Positions 56,729 through 64,000 of a stretch of 64,000 nt of DNA are shown piece by piece. The notes beneath the pieces are model-generated. The model did not search any database, was not told the DNA's origin, and worked only from the letters and a program-made list of their open reading frames with translations. Made by a program: the position numbers and the translations under genes. The stretch's first letter is position 1; each line of letters starts with the position of its first letter. Origin of the DNA: Bacteroidales bacterium (GTDB lineage: Bacteria; Bacteroidota; Bacteroidia; Bacteroidales; Paludibacteraceae); the NCBI GenBank assembly GCA_050873385.1, contig JBNMIS010000001.1, positions 20,957-84,956 on the forward strand, given 5' to 3'.

Positions 56729-57547
56729 ATGAAGACTCTTCTACGGTTTATCATACGGAATGGTGTGGTCCTCTTGTTCATTTTGCTGGAGGGACTCTCT
56801 TTCGTACTGATTCTGCGTAATAGTTGCTATCCGAGAAGTGCGACATTCTCCTCTGTCAATCGGATATCTTCGGCTTGCTACACTTGTTGCAACGACATCG
56901 CAAACTATTTCCGGCTGCGGACTGAAAATGAAAACCTCATAGCCGAAAATGCACAACTGAGGCAGGAACTGATTTCCTCGCAGGAAATGCTCGCAGACAA
57001 TTGCGATACCATCATACACTACTCCGGTTTCTCTGTCATACCTGCACGGATAATCAACTATACGGGAAACTTGCAAAAAAACTACATTACAATCAACAAG
57101 GGGGCAAAAGACGGAGTAACTGAAGACATGGGGGTTATTTGCAAAGAAGGAGTCGTCGGAATCATCGTCACTGTCTCCGACCGCTATTCTTTGGCGATTC
57201 CTGTTGTTAACAACGCACTCACCATCAGTTGCCGGCTCAAAAATGATGGGTATATCGGAACTTTGCAGTGGGATGGCAAAAATGTTCACTATGCACAACT
57301 GAACGATATTGGCCGGCATGTTTCAATCAATAAAGGAGACACTGTCGTTACCAGCGGGGTCTCGGCTATCTTCCCCAAGGGCATAACGGTAGGCACTGTT
57401 GAAAACGACAAATTGTCGGACAGTGATTCCTTTCATCACATCACGGTCGCATTGTCAACTGATTTCAAAAAATTGCAAAACGTAAGTATCCTCAGCCGTA
57501 ACGATTTGAAGGAGATAAAAACCTTGGAAGAATATGTAAAACAATGA
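56729..57547 (+). CDS. mreC: Rod shape-determining protein MreC
   Basis: N-terminal TM helix, a coiled-coil (ENENLIAENAQLRQEL), and beta-rich domains with ..VVTSG.S.IFPKGI.VG.V. Operon position after mreB. Confidence 0.88.
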   Translation: MKTLLRFIIRNGVVLLFILLEGLSFVLILRNSCYPRSATFSSVNRISSACYTCCNDIANYFRLRTENENLIAENAQLRQELISSQEMLADNCDTIIHYSGFSVIPARIINYTGNLQKNYITINKGAKDGVTEDMGVICKEGVVGIIVTVSDRYSLAIPVVNNALTISCRLKNDGYIGTLQWDGKNVHYAQLNDIGRHVSINKGDTVVTSGVSAIFPKGITVGTVENDKLSDSDSFHHITVALSTDFKKLQNVSILSRNDLKEIKTLEEYVKQ

Positions 57548-58053
57548 ATGGTATAGAACTTTGGAGAGATAATATTCTGCGTTTCGTAGTGCTGGTTTTG
57601 TTGCAACTGTTGCTTGTCAACAATCTGCACTTCCTTGGTCTTTGCCATCCGTGCCTGTACGTCTTGTTTCTCATTGCCCTCCCGCAGACACTGCCTCGGT
57701 GGGCGGAATTGTTAATCGGTTTCATGACGGGTCTCGTCATTGACGTTGCGTGCAATAGTCTCGGAGTACATTGTGCAGCATGCACGTTGATAGCCTTCTT
57801 GCGACCTGTATTCCTCAAAAAGATGGTACTCGAAAAAAAACAGGTACTCAGTGAGCCGAGTAGTCAGACACTCGGTTTCATCGTATATTTCAAACTTATA
57901 ACACTGCTCGTACTGCTACACCATAGCACGGTCTTCATTCTCTCCGCTTTCACGTGGAGCAATTGGTGGATTACTTTGTTGCAAATCATTGTTAGTTCCT
58001 TGTTCACCATCGGATTCATCGTAGTATATGATTTACTGCTGCATAGATCATGA
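57544..58053 (+). CDS. mreD: Rod shape-determining protein MreD
   Basis: 169-aa polytopic membrane protein with ATGA overlaps to both mreC and mrdA. Called from its operon position. Confidence 0.75.
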   Translation: MNGIELWRDNILRFVVLVLLQLLLVNNLHFLGLCHPCLYVLFLIALPQTLPRWAELLIGFMTGLVIDVACNSLGVHCAACTLIAFLRPVFLKKMVLEKKQVLSEPSSQTLGFIVYFKLITLLVLLHHSTVFILSAFTWSNWWITLLQIIVSSLFTIGFIVVYDLLLHRS

Positions 58054-59912
58054 TTAACGACAAATACTATAACCGCCGGTATGTCATTTCCGCTATCATT
58101 ATTGTGGTAGTGGTTATTTATTTATGCAGGTTATTCTATTTGCAAGTCATCGACAAAAGCACAATTGACAAAGCCGAAAACAACGCTCTGGTAAAGCAGA
58201 CCATATATGCTCCGCGGGGTCTCATATACGATCGAAACGGAGAACTGCTTGTTTACAACCAACCGGTCTACGAAGTGACCATGACGATGCAGGAGATGGG
58301 AAAAACTTTCGATACCATCGGCTTTTGCCATACGCTCAATATGGATACCTGTTACTTCAACGAGCGTGTACTGCAGATTAAGAACCGGCGGTTGAATCGT
58401 GGATATTCCAGACATACACCGCAAGTTTTCCTGTCACAACTGAACAAAGAAGAGATTGCTCCGCTGCAAGAAACGCTTTATAAATACCCGGGAATCCATA
58501 TACGGCAACGCACCCTGCGGGGTTACACTTATCCCTATGCCGCACAAGTGCTTGGAAGCGTTGGAGAAGTATCCCAACGCGACATGGAAAAAGATGATTA
58601 CTATGCTGTAGGCGATTATTCGGGGCGTGATGGAATCGAACGTACCTATGAGAAATCGCTACGGGGAGAAAAAGGAACTGAGGTGCTCCTGCGTGATGTG
58701 CGGGGACGTATCCAAGGCAGTTACAATGATGGAGAATTGGACAAAAATGCCGTTAAAGGCGAGGATCTTACGCTCACATTGGATATCCGCCTGCAGGCTT
58801 TGGCTGAAGAATTGCTTACCGGCAAAATTGGCAGTGTTGTCGCTATTGAACCTAAAACGGGAGAGATTCTCACTTTGGCATCAAATCCGACATGGGATCC
58901 TGCGCTGTTAGTCGGGAAACAACGTTCCGAACATTATAGGGAACTGCAAAGCGATCCTGCCAAACCACTGCTCAACCGGGCGACACAAGCCCAATATCCG
59001 CCTGGTTCCCCCTTTAAGTTAGTGCAATCATTGATTGGACTTCAGCATGGCATAATAACTCCTGAAACGAAATACACCTGTAGCGGAAAAGGAACTCGCC
59101 CTATCAGTTGTACGCACACCCATACATCTCCGGTCAACCTTTTCACGGCAATTGAACAAAGTTGTAATCCTTACTATTGGTGCTTGTTTCGGGATTTCTT
59201 GGAAGTCAACGGATATGGCAAAAAAAACGAAGAATTCCGCAAGCAATATGAACTATGGCGCAATGATGTCATGCTCTTCGGATTTGGGCATAAATTTACC
59301 GATACCGACCTGTCTGAACAAAGTTCCGGCAATGTACCTACCACGTCTTTTTACGACCGGTACTATGGGAAAACAGGATGGAAAGCACTGACAATTAGAT
59401 CCTTGTCAATAGGACAAGGAGAGATTACAGTCACTCCGTTGCAATTGGCTAATATGGCGGCTACCATCGCAAACGATGGTTATTACATCACTCCACACCT
59501 CAATAAGAACGATACAATGCTCACCCGTCGGCATACAACAGGCATTGATGCTGTCTACTACAAATATGTCAAAGAAGGTATGAAGCGGGTCATGGAAAAC
59601 GGCACGGGACGATTCTATAAATTGGATAATATATCAATCGGAGGTAAAACGGGAACGGCACAGGCTGGAAAAGGTAAAAAAGACCACGCCATTTTCGTGG
59701 CCATTGCACCGTTGGACGACCCGCAGATAGCAATTGCAGTAGTTGTTGAGAACGCAGGCTTTGGAGCCACATGGGCTGCACCTGTTGCCAGCCTTATGAT
59801 AGAAGAGTATCTGACGGATACGATCACGAGAACCGCACTCCGGGAACGTATCCGCATATCAGTATTGAATGAGAATGTCAAGAAACGAAACGAATATAAT
59901 CAAGGGAATTGA
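58050..59912 (+). CDS. mrdA: Penicillin-binding protein 2 (elongasome transpeptidase)
   Basis: N-terminal anchor, PRG.IYDRNG, SxxK (PGSPFKL), SxN-like motif, and KTGTAQ box (GGKTGTAQ). Confidence 0.9.
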   Translation: MINDKYYNRRYVISAIIIVVVVIYLCRLFYLQVIDKSTIDKAENNALVKQTIYAPRGLIYDRNGELLVYNQPVYEVTMTMQEMGKTFDTIGFCHTLNMDTCYFNERVLQIKNRRLNRGYSRHTPQVFLSQLNKEEIAPLQETLYKYPGIHIRQRTLRGYTYPYAAQVLGSVGEVSQRDMEKDDYYAVGDYSGRDGIERTYEKSLRGEKGTEVLLRDVRGRIQGSYNDGELDKNAVKGEDLTLTLDIRLQALAEELLTGKIGSVVAIEPKTGEILTLASNPTWDPALLVGKQRSEHYRELQSDPAKPLLNRATQAQYPPGSPFKLVQSLIGLQHGIITPETKYTCSGKGTRPISCTHTHTSPVNLFTAIEQSCNPYYWCLFRDFLEVNGYGKKNEEFRKQYELWRNDVMLFGFGHKFTDTDLSEQSSGNVPTTSFYDRYYGKTGWKALTIRSLSIGQGEITVTPLQLANMAATIANDGYYITPHLNKNDTMLTRRHTTGIDAVYYKYVKEGMKRVMENGTGRFYKLDNISIGGKTGTAQAGKGKKDHAIFVAIAPLDDPQIAIAVVVENAGFGATWAAPVASLMIEEYLTDTITRTALRERIRISVLNENVKKRNEYNQGN

Positions 59913-61332
59913 TTGGGTCACGGTTGTCCTGTATCTGCTGTTGGTTTGCTTTGGGTGGATCAATATCTATGGTGCCGACTACAATTTTGACCAAACCGCC
60001 ATTTTCGATATAAGCAACCGGGCAGGCAAACAGTTTCTGTGGATGAATATATCATTGCTTGCAGGCTTCGCTATTATGCTGATTGATGAGAAGATCTACG
60101 ACATTTTCGCCTACATTTTCTATGCGGTTTGGATTCTTGTGCTGATTGCCACTCCTTTTCTGGCAAACGATGTCAAAGGCTCCTTCTCATGGATTAGTTT
60201 GGGTGGTTTCAGCATCCAGCCTGCCGAGTTTGCCAAATGTTTTACGGCGCTCGCATTGGCTAAATATATGAGTCAATACGGCTACAATATCCATCGTACC
60301 AAAGATATTGTAATCACTGCGGCCATCATTCTGCTCCCGATGGCGATCATCATGGTACCTCAAAAAGAAACAGGTTCTGCGCTCGTCTTTGCAGCGTTCG
60401 TTTTTGTCCTCTATCGCGAGGGAATGAGTAAATACGTACTGCTTTTGTTCGCCACGGCTGTCTATTTCTTTGTAGCGACCATCAAATTCAGCCAGACTGC
60501 CCTGCCGCTGGGTATAGGGAAATTAGGTCTGCTGATTGATTGTATTTCAATACTCTTGATAGAATGTTATTTCCTGTTCTTCAAAATAAACCTAAAGAAA
60601 CATGCATGGATTCTGATGGGAGGCACAATCTTTCTATATGCCGTTACTATTATTATAAACATCTGGTTTACAATCAATTTTGACATCGTATCAACCGTTA
60701 TTGTCAGTCTGTCGATTGTTTATCTTGCCGTCCTCGCGCTTTTCTACCGAATCAAATATATAGCCGTCCTCACTATCTGTTCCCTATGCATACTCTTGTA
60801 TAGTTTTGGTTGTAACTATATCTTTACGGACATACTACAACCCCATCAGCAAAAGCGCATTGAGATTCTATTTGGATTGGACAACGACCCGTCCGGAGCC
60901 GGATACAATGTCAATCAATCCAAAATTGCAATCGGTTCTGGCCGTTTTCTCGGCAAAGGCTATCTTCAAGGCACACAAACAAAGATGAAGTTCGTACCTG
61001 AACAGGCAACCGACTTTATTTTCTGCACAGTGGGAGAGGAATGGGGGTTCATCGGATCGGCAGGAGTACTGATAGTGTATCTTATCTTCATTCTGCGCCT
61101 TATTTATCTCGCAGAACGGCAGAAAGATAAATTCAGTCGCGTCTATGCTTATTGCGTTGCATCTATTTTTATTGCCCACCTGACTATCAACATAGGAATG
61201 GTTCTCGGACTTATGCCCGTCATCGGAATACCGCTACCATTTTTCAGTTACGGCGGGTCATCTCTGCTTGGTTTCACTATTTTGCTGTTTATATTGCTCA
61301 AATTGGATGCTGCGCGCATCAATAAGATATAA
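59869..61332 (+). CDS. rodA: Rod shape-determining protein RodA (SEDS family)
   Basis: FtsW/RodA/SpoVE motifs (IQPAEFAK, EQATDFIF, PFFSYGGSS). 487 aa, longer than typical RodA because of an internal membrane insert. A second ATG lies at 59875. Confidence 0.88.
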   Translation: MRMSRNETNIIKGIDWVTVVLYLLLVCFGWINIYGADYNFDQTAIFDISNRAGKQFLWMNISLLAGFAIMLIDEKIYDIFAYIFYAVWILVLIATPFLANDVKGSFSWISLGGFSIQPAEFAKCFTALALAKYMSQYGYNIHRTKDIVITAAIILLPMAIIMVPQKETGSALVFAAFVFVLYREGMSKYVLLLFATAVYFFVATIKFSQTALPLGIGKLGLLIDCISILLIECYFLFFKINLKKHAWILMGGTIFLYAVTIIINIWFTINFDIVSTVIVSLSIVYLAVLALFYRIKYIAVLTICSLCILLYSFGCNYIFTDILQPHQQKRIEILFGLDNDPSGAGYNVNQSKIAIGSGRFLGKGYLQGTQTKMKFVPEQATDFIFCTVGEEWGFIGSAGVLIVYLIFILRLIYLAERQKDKFSRVYAYCVASIFIAHLTINIGMVLGLMPVIGIPLPFFSYGGSSLLGFTILLFILLKLDAARINKI

Positions 61333-61340
61333 TAGTGTCT

Positions 61341-63215
61341 ATGATTTTCAAATACGATGTAATAGTGGTTGGTGCAGGACATGCCGGTTGTGAAGCCGCC
61401 AGCGCAGCAGCACATCTCGGCAGTCAAACACTGCTTATCACTATGGATATGAATAAGATCGGTCAGATGAGTTGTAACCCTGCTGTTGGTGGTATTGCAA
61501 AAGGACAAATAGTTCGGGAAATTGATGCCATGGGAGGAATGATGGGCATCATAACTGACCGCAGTGCCATACAGTTTCGTATGCTCAATTCATCGAAAGG
61601 ACCTGCCATGTGGAGTCCTCGTTCACAAAGCGACCGGAAACAATTTATTGAGGAGTGGACAAAACACCTGAGTCAAACCGGCAATCTCTATATCTGGCAA
61701 GATGTTGTATGCAGTTTGATCATTAAAAATAACCGGATAGAAGGCGTAAAAACAGCATTGGGGATAGAGTTCGAAGCCGGTTCTGTTGTTCTGACTAACG
61801 GCACCTTTCTCAACGGACTGCTTCATTTTGGGAAGACACAATTGCATGGTGGGCGTATATCCGAAAATGCCTCTTATGGAATCACGGAACAACTCAGAAA
61901 CTTTGGTTTCAAAGCCGATCGAATGAAGACGGGTACACCGTGCAGGATTGATGCACGAAGCATTGATTTTAATGCAATGATCGAGCAAAAAGGAGATGAT
62001 GACTTCCACCATTTTTCCTATCTCCCGACTATTAAGCGCCACCTCAAGCAGATGAGTTGCTGGATAACATATACTAATCCCGAAACGCACAACATATTGC
62101 GCACTCATCTTACCGACAGTCCGCTTTACAATGGACAAATAAAGAGCATCGGACCTCGCTATTGTCCGAGTATAGAGACCAAGATTGTCACCTTTGCCGA
62201 GAAAGAAACGCATCAATTGTTCATCGAGCCGGAAGGAGTCGATAGCAACGAATATTACGTCAACGGCTTCTCATCATCCCTTCCTTGGAATATCCAACTG
62301 CAAGCCTTACAAACCGTCCATGGTTTAGAGAATGTTGTCATGTATCGTCCAGGTTATGCCATTGAATATGATTTCTTCGATCCGACGCAATTAACCCACT
62401 CTTTGGAAACAAAGCAGATAGCGCACCTGTTTTTCGCAGGACAAATCAACGGGACAACAGGCTACGAAGAAGCCGCAGGACAAGGTATTATTGCAGGAAT
62501 CAATGCACACATTTCATGCCATGGAGGCACTCCCTTCACATTGGGCCGCGATGAAGCGTACATTGGTGTTCTTATTGATGATTTGGTAAACAAAGGAGTG
62601 GATGAGCCCTATCGGATGTTCACTTCGCGAGCCGAATATCGTATTCTCCTGCGGCAAGACAATGCCGATGCTCGGCTCACTGAAAAAGCCTACAATATCG
62701 GGTTAGTCAACAACGAAAGGTTCAATTTGTATCAAAATAAAAGGCAAGATATTTTGCGACTCACTGATTTCATCAAGAGTCACTCCGTTACACCGGACGA
62801 AGTCAACAATTATCTCACGAGGAAAGGGTCACAACCCATCCGCCAAAAGTGCAAAATAGCCGAAGTACTTGCTCGTCCGTTTGTCAGTCTCCAAGAACTA
62901 TCTGCCGTTTTGCCCGCCTTGCAGGAAGAAATCAATACCATATCCCTCCTGCAAGAAGAAATTGTTGAAAGTACCGAAATTAATATTAAATACAAAGGAT
63001 ATATTGAAAGAGAGCGTTTATCTGCTGAAAAGTCCAAACGCCTTGATGAGGTCAGAATTCCTTTCGACTATAACTACACAGACATCGCTTCTCTTTCCAC
63101 GGAAGCAAGGCAAAAATTGAGCAAAATCCGCCCTGCAACCATTGGTGACGCAGCCCGCATACCCGGAGTATCGCCTAATGATATAAGCGTCCTGTTGGTC
63201 CTTATGGGAAGATAA
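61341..63215 (+). CDS. mnmG: tRNA uridine-5-carboxymethylaminomethyl(34) synthesis enzyme MnmG (GidA)
   Basis: YDVIVVGAGHAGCEAA FAD motif, GPRYCPSIE, and FFAGQINGTTGYEEAA. The ATG at 61341 is preferred over the GTG at 61335. Confidence 0.93.
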   Translation: MIFKYDVIVVGAGHAGCEAASAAAHLGSQTLLITMDMNKIGQMSCNPAVGGIAKGQIVREIDAMGGMMGIITDRSAIQFRMLNSSKGPAMWSPRSQSDRKQFIEEWTKHLSQTGNLYIWQDVVCSLIIKNNRIEGVKTALGIEFEAGSVVLTNGTFLNGLLHFGKTQLHGGRISENASYGITEQLRNFGFKADRMKTGTPCRIDARSIDFNAMIEQKGDDDFHHFSYLPTIKRHLKQMSCWITYTNPETHNILRTHLTDSPLYNGQIKSIGPRYCPSIETKIVTFAEKETHQLFIEPEGVDSNEYYVNGFSSSLPWNIQLQALQTVHGLENVVMYRPGYAIEYDFFDPTQLTHSLETKQIAHLFFAGQINGTTGYEEAAGQGIIAGINAHISCHGGTPFTLGRDEAYIGVLIDDLVNKGVDEPYRMFTSRAEYRILLRQDNADARLTEKAYNIGLVNNERFNLYQNKRQDILRLTDFIKSHSVTPDEVNNYLTRKGSQPIRQKCKIAEVLARPFVSLQELSAVLPALQEEINTISLLQEEIVESTEINIKYKGYIERERLSAEKSKRLDEVRIPFDYNYTDIASLSTEARQKLSKIRPATIGDAARIPGVSPNDISVLLVLMGR

Positions 63216-63249
63216 TGTTCCACGTGAAACAATAAAAATATACAATAAT

Positions 63250-63774
63250 ATGACTGAACAACAAGTTAAAAGCAGCATCCGCGAAGTTCCGAATTTCCCA
63301 AAGAAGGGAATTCTTTTCTATGACATCACAACCGCACTTTCTGAACCGCAATGTATCAAGTGGTTTACAGATAATATCATTGAACATTATAAAAACAAAG
63401 GAATTACCAAGGTGCTCGGAATAGAATCACGCGGATTTATCATCGGTTCTATCGTCGCTCGCGACCTCAATGCAGGATTTATTCCTATCCGTAAACCGGG
63501 TAAACTTCCCTATCACACCATCTCTGAGAGTTACAATAAAGAATATGGTATCGATACTATCGAAATCCATGCAGATGCCATCAGTACGGACGATATAGTA
63601 CTTATTCATGACGACCTTTTGGCTACGGGAGGTACATTGGCAGCAGCGGTTCGTCTTGTACAAAAAATGGGCGTAAAGAAGATTTATGTGAATACGCTCA
63701 TTGAACTGGATGCGCTTAAAGGAAGAGACATATTTGATGCTGATATAGATATTTATTCTCTCCTCCATTATTGA
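63250..63774 (+). CDS. apt: Adenine phosphoribosyltransferase
   Basis: PNFPKKGILFYDIT and the PRPP motif VLIHDDLLATGGT. 174 aa. Confidence 0.92.
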   Translation: MTEQQVKSSIREVPNFPKKGILFYDITTALSEPQCIKWFTDNIIEHYKNKGITKVLGIESRGFIIGSIVARDLNAGFIPIRKPGKLPYHTISESYNKEYGIDTIEIHADAISTDDIVLIHDDLLATGGTLAAAVRLVQKMGVKKIYVNTLIELDALKGRDIFDADIDIYSLLHY

Positions 63775-63799
63775 TACTGCCGTCTCTCTTTGCTGAACC

Positions 63800-64000
63800 A
63801 TGCCAATTAGTAATCATCTGCAAGAGATCCTTAATGGGTTGCCTTCTTCACCGGGAGTATACCAACATCTCGATGAAACGGGAGAGATTATATATGTCGG
63901 AAAAGCAAAGAACCTGAAACGGCGGGTTACAAGTTATTTCCAAAAGGATCATCAGTCTCGGAAAACGCTGCATCTTGTCGAGAATATAGCCGACATCAAG
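63800..64000 (+). CDS. uvrC: Excinuclease ABC subunit C, N-terminal 67 aa (3' end beyond the window)
   Basis: Not in the ORF track because the frame runs off the window. The ATG at 63800 gives [47 protein letters not shown], a GIY-YIG domain. Confidence 0.85.
   Translation, partial: MPISNHLQEILNGLPSSPGVYQHLDETGEIIYVGKAKNLKRRVTSYFQKDHQSRKTLHLVENIADIK

Overview
This window looks like a chromosomal housekeeping region of a Bacteroidota (Bacteroidales-type) genome. Three things support that phylum call. Exact TAnnTTTG '-7' promoter boxes sit 7-90 nt upstream of many start codons. Shine-Dalgarno sequences are absent. Several proteins end in T9SS-type C-terminal sorting tails, and one gene is PorZ-like. 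I call 52 protein genes and one tRNA(CAT).

Gene order: aspA (5' truncated by the window edge); two tandem secreted T9SS-cargo-like proteins; potABCD; a tiny Cys-rich lipoprotein; an acyl-CoA ligase; a ClC channel; a polyprenyl-phosphate sugar transferase; tsaC; rfbB; serB; a CPBP protease; priA; tdk; recJ; tRNA-CAT; metG; an outer-membrane beta-barrel protein; a lamin-tail-domain protein; birA; dacB; a cytidylate-kinase-like gene; glycerate kinase; a PiT phosphate transporter with its DUF47 partner; uxaA-uxaB; rdgB; a PorZ-like propeller protein; folE; a SPOR protein; a nucleoside kinase; dprA; a VanZ protein; gpmI; smpB; a Yip1-like protein; a DUF5606-like protein; Nif3 plus its zinc-ribbon partner; parE; a small membrane protein; mreBCD-mrdA-rodA; mnmG; apt; and uvrC (3' truncated).

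I see no rRNA, CRISPR array, cas genes, transposase, integrase, phage genes or recognisable defence or toxin cassette.

The one signal that gene annotation does not explain is a family of short intergenic elements. There are 7 clear copies plus 2-3 degenerate ones, about one per 9 kb. Each is built from 3-4 head-to-tail 11-nt units that end in (T/C)(G/C)AGG, for example tcccgttgagg|ggtcggttagg|tctcgatgagg. I cannot tell from sequence alone whether these are REP/BIME- or MITE-like repeats, helically phased protein-binding arrays, or small-RNA genes.

Secondary oddities are an orphan Cys-rich acidic mini-lipoprotein with its own promoter and terminator, an ~875-bp gap with no credible gene, and several T9SS-linked proteins of unknown function.
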